DNA of 64,000 nucleotides from Antedon mediterranea (GCF_964355755.1 NC_092677.1:16824101-16888100), one strand, 5' to 3'; positions 15,201-28,212 are shown, counted from the first letter of the stretch. The notes: generated from the sequence alone by a model not told the origin. Translations and numbers: made by a program.

Positions 15201-18200
15201 ATGATGGCATGATTATTTTATGCGCGTAATTTCTAACGTATGAAGTGCTTGTGGTGTTTGTCGTGCAGATCTAACTCGTCAAAGTGACAAGTTCAATTCT
15301 AGTTACCAATTATTTTCTTACATAATATTAACACATTTATGAATTTAGTAAAAATTACAAAAATTTACTAACTTTCTTGTCACTTGATTTTAGACATGAC
15401 GAAGAAAACAAGTGTAGACATTATTGAATAATTTTAAAATAAATTGTTCATCAACTTCAATTAAATAATAACATACTTTAATTTGTGCATGACCTTGTGA
15501 TGTCCAACACACTATTTCCACACCTTTATTTCTATTAAAACGTCAAGTTTTGACTAAGCTGAAAGTTGACGTAACACAAGTTTGTGTTGCAGAAAATATT
15601 GAAACTTAATTAAAAAATGAATTGTTCATCAACTTTAAAACAATATAACATTTGTTATATTATTTGTACATGACCTTGTGATGTCAAACAAAATAATGTT
15701 TAAGCAATGCTTTATTCAATTAAAACGACTGTATTAAATAGGTCTCAATCACCTTAAAGTGTTTAATTAATTTTATTGATTGTTATACAACGTAAACGGA
15801 TGCATGTCTTTGATTAGTGTTATGTTACAACAATTCAACATTTACCTAAGTGATTCTGTCCTTAAGTGAAAGAAATTCTATTAGTCATAAAGTACTGGTA
15901 GCACGTCTATGAAATAAGCCGTTATTCAATAAAATCCTGTACTACTGTATGTGTAAATTAAGGCTTGTGAATTGGTTCAGTATCAACCCGGCCTGTAGCC
16001 CTACTCTATGTACAGTAGGCTAAATAAAAATCTGTTTCACATGGCAACAGAATATTAAGGGCGACGTCCAAAATATGACTGTGGTAAATTTAAGCGGAGT
16101 GAAGTGAGTAAGGACTTTAAAAACTGCTATTTATCAAAATTGACCAGGTATTTTAGTAAATTACTCTTACTAAATTACTTTGAATAAATCTATAATTATA
16201 TTATAATCATGAATTATTCCGGATTCAAATGCAAAATGTGCAAAATACATCAAAAACTATACTCGTTTTGTAGTTACAAATATGATCAGCTCAGAAGTTT
16301 CAGAGAGTGTGACGTATCCGTTTCCGTTATCGTATACGTAAGGTTGCGAAACCCATCCCTACTGTAAAGTATGAGGACAATGATTGCGTAAAAATTGATG
16401 CGCAGGCATCATGTGTTAAAAGTTTGATTTAGATGAGTATCACACATCATTAAGCATCATAAATCCTCATACAATACAGTATTATAATTAACAGGATAAC
16501 CTGTTTTGTAAACTCTACTACTGTACTCTCTCAGTAAAAGTGAATTAAAAATTCAAGACGGTTCTTAGCCTTATCATGGTTGGAGCAATTTTCTCATCAT
16601 TCATTTCTTGTTTCTGTTGCGCCGTACCTTTAGGCAATAATAATCAAGAGAACAGAATCATTAGAAACTACTGTCTGTATATCATCGCGAAAGCATAGTA
16701 CATATACAGTTGACAGTTTTGGGATTTTGTAAACTCGACTGATAATTGATAACATCCATGCTGCTCTCTAGGGTAGGTATTTTTGTTCTGTACAGCAGTA
16801 GTAGGCCAGACTATATTTACATTATTGATGCAGGCCTACTCCTTTTTAAATACCGTATATTTCGGTGTATAAGTCGCACTTGTGTATAAAGACTGAGAGT
16901 AAAATATCGTTATTTTTTATATCGTCGATGTATAAGACACACCTTATATTTCATCAAAACAATGTTTTTTTAAATTGTAATCAATATTATTGTAATAATA
17001 TATTTTGTTATATCTACAACGGCATCCTTTATTTAGGCTTTTTCTTACCTAGACTCGGCCGCGCCCAGCCTCAACAAGTTCTTTCTAACTTGTTATTCAT
17101 GAGTTTCGCACCCGCAACATCGAGTGCATGACCGTGCGTGTAAACACGTACGTGTGTGGGCTAGCCTCGCTCGATCATTTCGAGGGGGCGCACGTTTTCA
17201 CAGACAATCGTATTCGATTAGTATCTATGTATCCGAGAAGTGTGTACGCTAGGTCCATGCTATAATCACCTGGAGAATATACTAGTCGAATACCGTACAC
17301 CATGTGGCCGCCAAGAAGGACTTGCGCTGGGGGTACGGCGGTCGGCGATCGTGCATATAACTATAAATAAATACTATTCCAATCGTAAACGTTTATAAAT
17401 GAAATTTTATCGGAGCGCCTAAAACAGCTCCATAATGAACAAATCTTTTCATCATATTTAGTATAACATCATGCTATAAAATGCCTTGAAAACTAGGCAG
17501 AAGCAGGTTGCCGTTACGTTAGTATACTCTAGCTAGGCCTAGCCTACTCAGGCCTAGCAAACGAGGTGACGATATGTACAATCTGTGTGGTGAGGCATTG
17601 ATGTTCGGTGTATAAGACACACCCTTAATTTAGAGGTCAAATTTGCGTGTCAAAAGTGTGACTTATACACCGAATATACGGTAATAATATCCCCCAGCGG
17701 TGTACTGTAGTCATTTTCTATGTAGAGGGACAATAATGCTATATTGGTATGATCAGTCTGTCTTCCATATCTCACTGATAGAACTTTTATTGATGGAGGC
17801 CTACCCTATATTCCCCGGAGGTTTAGTGTAACTTCCTAGTTCATACTGAATTCACTTACCCATACATAAGTATACTAAGCCAGTGATTATGATAATGATG
17901 AGTGCTATCACTTTAGCAGCGGTGAACAAATCTTGTACTTTCGTTGCCATCTTTACACTGTACATGTTGATGAAGGTCAAAATCACTGAAAAAAAAAGAT
18001 AATCTAATTAAAAATTGAAAGAGAACACGTATTACATTTTTCAAAATATGTTTACAAAACTTTTCCGGTGATGTTGTTTTTTAATGACTGTCAGTGTGAA
18101 TTTAGCGGGCTTCGGAGGCTGAAGTTGACCTGGCAAATTGGCAGGGTGCACACTGGTCCTTCGGGACTATAGTGACCTTTTAGCTATAAATAAATGATTT

Positions 18201-21200
18201 TGTGAGTATTCTATGTAAATCATACTACATTTGCACAAAAAATTGTTATTCAGTGCTGTTCAGTTTTAATGGACGGCTGACTAGAATGAAGGATGTTTTC
18301 TGGTGCTAGCAGCCTGTTCCGGTGCTATACAGATTTTGTAAACACAACTTATGAAAAACAATGGAATGTGAATAGGGGAGAAAACTGACAGTGAAGTCTA
18401 TTTAAGTTTGATATTGAGGTAGTCATATATTGACATTTTTCCCAAGTACTTTCATCTATTAACAGTAGTATTCCATTTAAAAACACTATAAATTATAAAT
18501 GAGGATCTGAATATTACTTTCTTATTTTACGAGTATAAGAAAGACTATAATTAAACATACAAGCACAAACCATAGCCTACAGTAGGATTTTTGATTTTTA
18601 GGACATGATCACAACTATTTATTACGTCAATAGCAGCATACATAATGCACCTTTAATCCTAAAGGTCTGCCAAGTAATCGGAATGTTGATTAGGAAAGCG
18701 AAGAAGAAAAGGTAACGAAGCCTATGCATAATGGCTAGGCCTGACAAATGACATGCTTAAACAAAAGATAGAGTAATTGGTTAATGTTTAATATCTGTTT
18801 AAATGATTCTACGGGGAATCAACCGCATCTACGTGTACTATGAATCTACAATTCATATTGATTTATGATAATCAATGTGTACAAAAAATATTTTAAATTG
18901 TGGTTTTTTTTCAGTAGTCCTACTGCACTGTACTGCATGTGAATACTAAGAGAAATTTACAAAAAACAATACAAATATCTAAATTTATTATCTTGGATTT
19001 AAAACTAAAAAATATTTATAATTTGCTTATTATTATATTTATAATATTTGCGATCTTAAAATATTAATATATTTGTCTTAAAAATTTATTATTACCAATG
19101 TGTATAATTTCATGTTTTTTATCGTTTGTACTTTAACACAGGGTGTTCAAATTTGTATTTTGTGGACTTTTTAAATCTACAAAAACAGAAAAAAAACAAT
19201 TAAATTAAATTCAGTATTTTACAATAAAAGATTCTTCAACATTTTCCACAGGGCTTAAAAAAGTAACAAGCCTTTAACCAATTGATCTTATACATTACGG
19301 AAATTTAGAGTCATGAAAATAAAATATCTTTATGTTTAACAGTTTGTTAAGAATGTGAAAAAGGTTTAAATAAACACAGTCTACATTCACCTATTGGTTA
19401 CAGGCCAAGAAAAACAGAATGGGAATATCTCATTGGAAAAAACAAAATGAGTGTTTGCCAACAAATCATTTAAAAATAATATTGGAATAATTTCAAAGGT
19501 TTTGTTAACGGGTAATTCAATGTTTCGTTTTCACAATGCACCACGCGGCTACACATAATATCGATTGCAGAAGGCATGTTGAGCATTGTGAAAATGAATA
19601 TTGAGGTTTGATTTTACTTGTCGCTTTACAGAATAACAAAACCTTTGTAAAACATGTCTCTGCTAGCTATAGAAAATTTAAATCTGAAACACTGAATGCG
19701 TACCAAACTGAATTTGGTCACAATTCTGACATGATCGCCTCTCTTCTCAACAAATCCGGAAACACCAGAGCAGTGTTTTTATCCAAATGTTCACAACAAG
19801 CAATATACCTACTACAGTACAGTATGCTTATTTGCCATTTTTAATCAAAAGCTATGCGACAGCGAGCAGTTAAATCAAATTCAAAATAGGGAAATACTAC
19901 GGCTCAAAGCAGGTTTAATTATTGACTATTGAAATTTCTAATTAGAAACAGATTAATCTCATTGTAATGTGAAAAAACAAAATGCAAAAACATCATTTGA
20001 GAAAATATGGTTTTAATAGTTAGTCGATAACTTGTACTGAATTTAGTATTTTAAATTTAAAATTGCACAAACAACTGTTGGCAGATTTTATAATTCATAT
20101 TTTAAGCTGTGTGTAGTAGTACAAAACAACTACTTACTGAATTTTAAATTATTGGACATTTTTTATTTTATCTTTAAACTCGGATTTAAAATTAAAACAT
20201 AATACTGTACTACTATTATAAGGTCTTTAGAATCAGCATAATTGTTTTATTTTAAATTTCTTTTTTCATTCAAAGAAATCAGTACAACTGTATTGAATGC
20301 AATTTTATACGTACAGTTTGTTCTTACTAATATTCAAAAACATTATGGAAAGCTATGGAAAGCGTCGTTTTATTACAAATATAATTTAAAATTTAAATAG
20401 TAAAATTTGTATTAATCTTAAATCTTAATTTTCAAAAACAAAATCAACCTTAAATTTTCATGAAATTTTGGACAATAGTGTAAACACTTTTTTAGGCTTA
20501 ATTTTTTTGTAATCTATTGTCTAGTTATTGTACTGTAATCATTTCACTTTTACTGTACAAACAAGAAATTGTTTAGTAGAATTTCTACCACGTGTAGTGC
20601 TAGACGAAACAAAAGTGATGCAATCATAGAAGCATGAGCATGGGTTGTAGCGCCAAGATTTAATCTCAACATGTGTTCTACTAGAATCACAGAATGTTGC
20701 CATACATTTTAGATGAATGAATTTATGGAATTTGATAGTAACAACTGCTTTGACCTATAGTGTTGTTTTCTTTCTGTTACTATTACTGTACTTTAGTCAC
20801 ATGTGCGCTAAATGTTTTCTTTAACAATAACACCCAGTTTTTAATGATTAAAAAATTATTATTAATTTCAGAAATGTATTTATTTAAAAATCACAAACTT
20901 AGAATATACATAACTGTAAAAAAATATTATTCTAATATTATTTCTTGTTTTATTACTTTTTAGTTCAGTATTAATTATAGTATTATACATGCCACCACTC
21001 CTGTATTTGTCTAATAGGAGTCTCCCAGCCTAAATCATGTTTCCACTTATTCCACATTTTCTCCTCAATTTAATACAAGATAAACTGTATTTTGATATGT
21101 TGATTTTGGTTGAAATAAATGAATTTAATTTAATTTTACTTGGCTCCGCTTCGTAAATAGAACAATCTTTCAAATATTTCTTACCATATATTCATAACTC

Positions 21201-24200
21201 ATAAAAATATATTTTGTATCTTTAATAAGTACAGAAGTATGACATTTAATGTTGATACTGAAACCAGTAATTAGTCAGTAGAGATATCATAATAATGATT
21301 GCATTGTAGATTGAAGTTCAATGTAAATTGCTGATATTGTATCAATTGAAACCAGTCTATCAACTAAACAAATCATATAGACTTTCTATAGTCTCAAGGA
21401 CCAATCAGATTATACTCGATAAAGAAATCAAAACCAAATAGCCAATCAAAATAACTATAACAATAAAATCAAAAAGACGGTACAGTTCAAACTAACTGTA
21501 AAATAGATAGTTCATTATTTCATTGCTAATCAACAATGCGAGTGGGTTTCATGCGACATTATAAAACCAAAAGAAAATGCAGCTATTGTAGGCCTATTGT
21601 GCTGATAGTCTGGTTTAATACAAAAAGTTATGAATAGTATCAGTAGTATGAGATCTAGAATTAAGGGATAATGACCATTCTCAAAGGAATCACCACTGTA
21701 TGCCCTTGTTTCACCATATAACTCTACTATTATTATTAAGGTAGCCCTATCCTTGTATAAAATAATTGAATTGCGTCAACCGGCTCAGCTACAGTGTTTA
21801 AGTTCAATTTCTACAGTAGGTTGACGCTGGCCAGGTCTCCCCAATTTTTTGTTTTTTTTTGTTATGTATACTGAAATAGACCAAATAAATAATGAAATGA
21901 AATGAATTAGTAATAGTATCCTTATTTTCTCCACAAAAATTGTGGATAATTAACGCACAGTATCAATCATTCTATGAACAATCAGAAACATGTGCAAATG
22001 CACAGAATAGTGTTATTATTATTATGCGTACAAAGAACTGAAATCTACTGCAGCATTTTTCTTCTACTAAAAAATAAAATTAGTTTTTCATAGCAAGGTG
22101 AGGAGAGCTCTGTTAAAACACTCACATTTTCCAACAGAAATAATCTTTTTATTTAAATTTTCCTGCCAAGACGATTACTGCACAGTAGACGACTTACAGT
22201 ATGATAAAAACATCATAGTTAAATGTATTGTGCAACTCTACATCTTATTTATTTATTTTCTGTGGAAAATGTACAAAATTTACATAATATCACTTGTGTA
22301 TATAACTTTGGAAATGTTCCAAAATAACACTATTTTAATTTGCTGTATAATCAATCTATATAATATAATTCATTGTTGAGAGAGTATAACAATGTAGGAT
22401 AGGAAATAACAATGAGCGGGCCTATAAATACACATCAGTAAACATGTGTGTTGTGTTGATAGAGACAAACATGTTGAATGGAATGAGAGGCTAAAAAAAG
22501 ATGGCATGAAAATATGTAAATCATGTCTTCAATGCGGAACAGATAAAATATTAATAGTACAGGCTTTCATATTGGGCAACATGCCAGGCCTAATGGTAGG
22601 TAGACAGACAATTTGGCAAAGAGCCATCTATCCAATAGTAATTATATAATTTAAGAAGTTTATACAGTAGGCCTAGATCAAAACAACACATCAGAACAGA
22701 ATGCTGATTATCATATTACTACTACATTTGTACATCCTCCCAAAAAATAAATGTCATCCAAACTTTAAAGAGCTGTTTCTTCAGCTGCACAAAAACAACA
22801 TTCTTAAAAATTAAAAGATTTGTTTTAAAGTTCTTTTCTTAGAATAGTACTGTTACCATCATTATGCAAATAATTAATAAGGTGCCATAGGAATAATGTT
22901 GATTATTTACAGTTTCTACCTAAATCTATATATGTACTGCACAGAACCAAATATTCATTAAATTTAATGAGTCAATTAAATTAAAGTTTTCAAACCTCTC
23001 ACATTTTAGTTAATCCAATTGAATTAAGAAATAAAATAGGAACTGTACAAGCCATATTAAATTAATCCGGTGTATAATCGGCACACAATGTACGGCTTAC
23101 AGTATTTTAAAGAAATTTCACTAATAAAAGGCTTTGTGTCTAAATTCTGGAGTTTGGGATAACACAGCTACTGGCGGGACTTACATCATGTTCTATTGTT
23201 ATAACAAGACTGGAAGTAGGTTTAGCCTTGAACTTAGAACTCCAGGGAACTTGAACAAAGGGGAGGAATCACTGCAGGAGCAAGTGCATGTTGAACTTAC
23301 TGTACTATTTCACCACATTTCTCTCCATAACGGATTTCCATATCCTAAAGGCCACGTGCTACCATAAAGAAGCATCTTGACGATAAGATCCATAAACAAG
23401 AATATTTACTCAATAACAATAGTTTTAATTATTTGCCAAAAACTGTTATTGAGTTTTAATTGGTTAATTAAGGGCATAAATCAATTTGATTTATTTTATA
23501 ATTTTTAATCAAAATAAAACCGGTTTCTTATTTGGTAATTGTTCATGGTTGGTTCTGTAAACAACAGAGAGTAGTCTTGGTTTGTGACACTCAGAGACCA
23601 TGATAATACGTTAATAATTATTATAACATGGGTTCAAGGATGTAGCTGATCAGACGCGCTAAAATGAGTCACATGTCCGCTCTTTATTTTGTCAGTATCG
23701 TGCACGGGAGTGCAAAGAGTGCGCAGCATAACAGCACTCGGTGTGTAAATTTAAGAGTACAAACCAGGTCGTCTGCACCTCGGCCCTAATTTTTTTTAAA
23801 CAACACACACCACTGGTATCTGATCAATTCTGCTACATGACTGCTTTAAAAAAGCAAATCTTGGTGATTAAGACCAGTTCTTTTTTGTGTGGTCAAGGAA
23901 AACCCATTTTTAAAATGAAAGCTTTTAAAAAATCCTGCTCAATAGAAACAGGCCCCACAGAAGGTACTTTTAAACTGTGTACAGTACATTCAGTAACTCC
24001 ACCCAAATAAAACCAGCACAATGCTGGTAATGCACAGAAAACGTGGTTCATCGAATAACGCAGTAAATAATTTATATAAAAAAATGAGTGGGATGGGAAT
24101 TAATTCACCCATTCAACATTTTCAACCAGCAAAAGTACAAAGTAACGTATAGTATAAATTTATGAACAGTTAACTAGATAAAAATAATGTAATGGTAAAT

Positions 24201-26829
24201 ACTATTAACTGCAATACTACTGTATTTTTTTATTTCTTTTATTCAGTATATTACACAGAGGCGCCTTACAAGATGGAACCACCTTAGCTTCAAGGTGCCT
24301 CAGATTAACAAATACAATATTTTAAAACAACTAACAGAAACATCAATCAAATCTTCCAGAATTAACAAGAAATTGTTGTACATAATAAAATAATAAAGCA
24401 TTTTCACAATTCGAAAGAAGATCGGAACCAAAAATTAAAATTTCACTTAAAAATGTAAAATTAAATGTTAAAGAAAAATCCTTGGCTAAGATATCCTCAA
24501 TAATTGAGTTAGCGCTTACAAGTAGAATATCTCTTTGTGTATTATAATTAGGGCAGTAACATAAGAAATGAAGCGGATTCTCAACATTATAGCCACAAGT
24601 ACAATTTGGATTGTCCCGAAGTCCATGTAAGAATAAATGCGAATTGAGACAGCTGAAACCAAGTCGGATTCTAGTGTGAATTTGGTTAATCTTCTTATCA
24701 CCTGTATCATAATAAGAACGTTTTTTTGTTTTAAACAAATTGGATTTCAGTAGCAATTTTTTAAACTCAATAAGAGATGAGGAATTTTTTATTTCATTAT
24801 TTAACTCGTTCCAATGTGTATAATAGATGGGACAAAAGATAAACGATATGATGTGGTCTTACAAAATGGAATTATTATATTTCGGATGTTACGCGAGTTA
24901 TAAACTTCAATATTGTCAGAAAAATTAAATAAGGAGTAAAGATACACTGGTGTTAACTTATGAATAATTTTACTACTGTATCTGTAGTACCAGTAATTTT
25001 AGTATTGTTATAATACCACAAGGTTCCACAAAATGTACATCAATCAATATCATCAATAACCGCAATATCTGAATATCAACCAGCAACCATGGCTAAAAAT
25101 AATGTAAATCCTCTGGTTTAATCCCACCCCTCTAGAACACGAAATCCGGCTGACTTGGTGGTAGGACTATACCCGGTGGTGGGACTATACCCGGTGGTGG
25201 GACTATACCCGGTGGTGGGACTATACCCGGTGGTGGGACTATACCCGGTGGTGGGACTATACCCGGTGGTGGGACTATACCCGGTGGTGGGACTATACCC
25301 GGTGGTGGGACTATACCCGGTGGTGGGACTATACCCGGTGGTGGGACTATACCCGGTGGTGGGACTATACCCGGTGGTGGGACTATACCCGGTGGTGGGA
25401 CTATACCCGGTGGTGGGACTATACCCGGTGGTGGGACTATACCCGGTGGTGGGACTATACCCGGTGGTGGGACTATACCCGGTGGTGGGACTATACCCGG
25501 TGGTGGGACTATACCCGGTGGTGGGACTATACCCGGTGGTGGGACTATACCCGGTGGTGGGACTATACCCGGTGGTGGGACTATACCCGGTGGTGGGACT
25601 ATACCCGGTGGTGGGACTATACCCGGTGGTGGGACTATACCCGGGGAAACCCTGAAAAAAAATGATTGGTACAGTACTTTCTTGAATATATTGTTTGAAC
25701 GTTTGCGTGGCGAAATCAAATGTTGATATAAAGTTGAGTAACTCAACAGTTCTTCTCAGAACTAATACACGTGGTGTACCGCAAACTTTATATCAACAAT
25801 ACTTTCTTGAACTCATGAACTGGCTAGAGAGACGGAGGCCTACATCCAGACTAATAAGTCAATACTGGTACTTTATACCTGGGGATATGCCTAGTTTGTG
25901 AAATCAAACATAAAGTAGGGGATGAGATTAGACCTCAAGTGGACCTGATGGTTGTTGGTCCTTGGTCGGCGCAAAGTGGAAGCTCCCTATAAATCTGCCA
26001 ATGTGTACTGTCTGTAGGCAACAATACTTTAACAGCTCCTGTTGTCATGGGTGTTTTTCATTCAATGTTTGAATTTCTTTATAATATTTTATTTTTTAGA
26101 AAAATACAGTAGGACAGCTTCTATTCAGGGACACAAAGGGGAATTTTCCATGAAAAGGAGAAATATGTTTTATAGTTAACCTTTTTTAGGGGCCATCCCT
26201 AACTTAATAAGGAGACACTATTGATTCCTGGAGGAGTTCTCAAGGATTTCAATAAAAAAGTACTTTGATTTATACTTACAAATGCAAAGTGCTGCCAGTA
26301 ATCGAACAACACTTTCAGGTGTTTCACAATGACTTCCGAAGAATGGTTCCAATAGATATTGTCCAAAGGTAATGGCCACGATTGCTTGAGCAGTAGGGCG
26401 TATGATCAGGATAGTCACCCACAGTAAGAGGAAGGCTGGCAGTTGACCAAACGCAAGCAAGAAGTATGCGTAGTCTCCACCAGACATCTGAATAGCGGTT
26501 CCGAGTTCACCATAGCACAAAGCTCCTACTAAAGAGAACACCCCACAAAATGTCCACACCAAAAGCGACAACCCGACTGATCCGGTATTTGACAAGACGA
26601 CTTGCGGAGAGATGAAAATACCGGATCCGATAATGATTCCGACGATGATTGTGACGCCGTTGAGAAGAGACATGGTTGGTTCAAGTTTGATAGTGTCTTT
26701 TGATGCGGGGACTCCGTTCGGAACGTCGTCGGGAAGTGGTGCTTTCTCTGGGTTTGGTATGGCAGCAGGTTGGTTGTCGCCCTCACCTTTACCGGGCTGA
26801 ATCACTTTTGTTTCTGTATTGTCTGCCAT
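249..26829 (-). CDS. SLC7 family L-type amino acid transporter light chain (LAT1/LAT2-like, SLC7A5/SLC7A8 group); 3' partial, continues beyond window start
   Basis: Coding exons (-): 26280-26829, 17860-17985, 11519-11618, 9751-9795, 6928-7051, 1817-1920, 1138-1234, 249-398. All are GT-AG and the phases join into one ORF. Motifs: [10 protein letters not shown] (TM1), [20 protein letters not shown] (Cys at the heavy-chain disulfide position), [37 protein letters not shown]. Confidence 0.95.
629..904. mobile_element. MITE, PIF/Harbinger-like
   Basis: Terminal inverted repeats ttttccactaggcg ... cgcctagtggaaaa, no coding capacity. Confidence 0.55.
1390..1846. repeat. Degenerate ~30-35 bp minisatellite derived from the 3' end and donor of SLC7 exon 1817-1920
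   Basis: About a dozen variants of accttgaaccagttaa(a/g)agtaaaccattt(t)act. The rightmost copy (1814-1846) is the real exon end. Confidence 0.85.
3352..3770 (-). mobile_element. LINE 3' remnant (L1/Tx1-like ORF2 C-terminus plus poly-A tail)
   Basis: Decayed Cys-rich knuckle and W/K-rich C-terminal peptide, followed on - by AATAAA and an A-run (T-run at 3353-3365). Confidence 0.45.
5400..5646 (+). mobile_element. LINE (CR1/L2 group) 3' UTR remnant
   Basis: Stem-loop ggatcccaa...ttgggctatcc, T-rich body, AATAAA and (AAATC)n tail at 5618-5646. Confidence 0.5.
5836..6110 (-). mobile_element. L2-type LINE ORF2 C-terminal fragment with a 47-bp tandem duplication at its end
   Basis: Peptide [17 protein letters not shown] resembles the L2 motif GxRaFSxxAPxLWNxLP. 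Direct repeat gtgctttaaaatatcacaaccaccatgagcaaataaatcaaagagaa x2 at 5836-5929. Confidence 0.6.
10060..10760 (-). mobile_element. Degenerate LINE 3' remnant
   Basis: tttatttgtttattt tail, a 3' stem-loop region at 10145-10205 and decayed coding-like sequence at 10490-10740. Confidence 0.35.
13945..14536. mobile_element. hAT-like MITE inserted in the HINE-like element
   Basis: TIRs cagggccgtagccagg ... cctggctacgggcctg. Flanks gttct/gttat look like a 5-bp TSD. Confidence 0.7.
14092..14302. mobile_element. Harbinger-like MITE nested in the hAT-like MITE
   Basis: TIRs tggttcccactag..gcgacgcaacg / cgtcgctgcgtagcg..ctaatgggaacca, with internal acgca repeats. Confidence 0.6.
16853..17681. mobile_element. 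Tc1/mariner superfamily (Tc2/pogo-like) non-autonomous DNA transposon
   Basis: TIRs CCGTATATTTCGGTGTATAAGTCGCAC / GTGTGACTTATACACCGAATATACGG, TA target duplication on both sides, subterminal tgtataagacacacctt repeats. Confidence 0.85.
21740..21906 (+). mobile_element. LINE 3' UTR remnant
   Basis: Stem gcgtcaacc...ggttgacgc, then AATAAA and a (TGAAA)n tail. A similar tail lies at about 21000-21135. Confidence 0.45.
24225..24930 (-). mobile_element. CR1-group LINE 3' fragment (ORF2 C-terminal Zn-knuckle region)
   Basis: [17 protein letters not shown]...[21 protein letters not shown], upstream frameshifted WNEL motif, 3' UTR stem gaggcgcctt...aaggtgcctc and an A-rich tail. Confidence 0.85.
25157..25642. 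repeat. Minisatellite, 27 x 18 bp (GGTGGTGGGACTATACCC)
   Basis: 486 bp, 26 identical units plus one variant first unit, no spacers. Confidence 0.97.
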
Positions 26830-27666
26830 CTTATCTTATTTTATTGCCTAAAACTTTAATAATATACCCTAAAAAGAAAGAAGTATTTAAAGACAATTAT
26901 AATTAAATAATAATGTACAGTACATACTATTCTAACCCATCACCATAAAGATAAATCTTATATTTGACGACACATACTGACATTATCATTATTTTTTGTA
27001 TTTTACAATTTATATTTATGGATAAATTTAAAAAGAAAATCACACACACATAGGCCAACAGTAGCTCTACTAGCATTTATTAAAGATACTATAGGAAAGC
27101 ATATTCACTATATTATTTTTAATCTACTGTATGGTAGACCTTTTCAAAGCAGTGCAAAGACTAAGGCTACCAATACCATGTATGATAAAGGCTGCACATA
27201 CAACCACCGAAACCAATAACAAAGACTGCATACATTTTATTTAATATAATAATTAATCATTTTACAAATATTATTACGTTATCATTAAAAAACATACCTA
27301 ATTTAGAAGGGTTTATTAATATTATTATAAAATAATGTTCAATTATTAATGACTAATAATAATTAATATAGGCCTGGGCCTAGCCCTACTGTTTATTGTT
27401 AAATAATTTTTTTTTTCATTGGCTAGCCTATATTATTAAAGGCCTAAATATATGTATATTATATTTGTAATATGTATTTAACTAGAAGGCTAGAATTACT
27501 GGAGGACTATATAGCCTTAGGCCTGCCCTAGCTAGGCTAGGGGCTAGGGCCTAGGAGGTAGGCGCCGGCTAGCCTAGCTAGGCTAGAGAGACACATTTTT
27601 TTGGTTGTAATTTCAATAAAACCAAAAACAAAGGCAAAACATTTTTAAAACTCGAAAAAGAATTAC

Positions 27667-27880
27667 CGAATATCTAAAGTACATCTCATTAAAAACATTC
27701 ATAATTAAGGTAAAGTTAAAAGGGGTGTCTAAAACCAAACAATAAAATACCATATGTTTAGGCCGGCCGCCTAAGCAAACATATACTCTTTCTTAATCCC
27801 ATTTTTCAACTGCCGCGATAGAGTCACGGTCCGTTTGTGTACGACGTTCAAGTTCAAGTAGGCCTACGTCGTACGCACAA
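27667..27880 (-). other. Putative non-coding first exon of the SLC7 gene
   Basis: The ATG exon has a clean acceptor (polypyrimidine + AG at 26869-26870) 39 nt upstream of the ATG, so an upstream 5'UTR exon is expected. A candidate donor GTAATT lies at 27666-27661, and a CpG-richer patch at 27760-27880. The 5' end is uncertain. Confidence 0.4.
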
Positions 27881-28139
27881 ATTTATTCTCCCTTGCAATT
27901 CTAGAAGCAGATACTGTATTTAATATTTAACCGGACAGAAAATTACAGAATAATTACAATGAAATATTTACCTCCAGATTGCTCTGTCCTTTTTCAAAAT
28001 AGTAATTCAGAAAATTATAAAAACATGTGCTTCTATCCACCACACCAGACACGATCAAAAAGATGTTCATCAATGAAAATGTTGTTGTTATTATTGACAC
28101 GTACGCATGCGTATAGTGTAAATTGTGTATCTATTATCC

Positions 28140-28212
28140 TATTGGATAAGATTACTGATTGCATCATCATAGAGCGCGGATTGGCTAGTCTTTATTTATT
28201 GACAACCAATCA
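28140..28212 (-). promoter_or_regulatory. SLC7 proximal promoter module: three CCAAT boxes around a C/EBP-ATF amino-acid response element
   Basis: ATTGG at 28141-28145 and 28180-28184, CCAAT at 28206-28210, ATTGCATCA (reverse complement TGATGCAAT) at 28158-28166. Confidence 0.55.

Larger units (their letters stand above)
13430..15302 (+). mobile_element. Non-autonomous Helitron/Helentron (HINE)-like element, related to the copies in GOT2 intron 9, carrying nested insertions
   Basis: 3' end ctcgtcaaagtgacaagttcaattCTAG-t matches 53032-53060. Shared internal motifs: atagagcgcatctc, atagctcctcagaat, tatgaattcat, gatgttgtgac. Confidence 0.65.

Noticed and set aside
346-22649. Numerous 60-120 aa ORFs from the six-frame track inside SLC7 introns
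   Set aside because: Apart from the exon-overlapping and LINE-derived ones annotated above, they mostly have non-ATG starts, AT-biased composition and no recognisable domains.
23134-24060. GC-richer intronic island with two minus-strand GTAAGT donors, a TGAGTCA site and small hairpins (alternative exon or ncRNA?)
   Set aside because: No reading frame compatible with the flanking SLC7 exon phases and no recognisable RNA family or telomerase-like template; it could be an old repeat or enhancer, but I cannot support a call.
25132-25746. Long ORFs of (PPPGIV)n and (VVGLYP)n
   Set aside because: These are by-products of a stop-free 18-bp tandem repeat in an intron, with no synonymous variation and no supporting splice context.
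27360-27590. Dense taggccta/ctag palindromes as a specific regulatory code
   Set aside because: The same low-complexity motif recurs near all gene 5' ends and in repeats in this window, so it looks like a genome-wide compositional feature.
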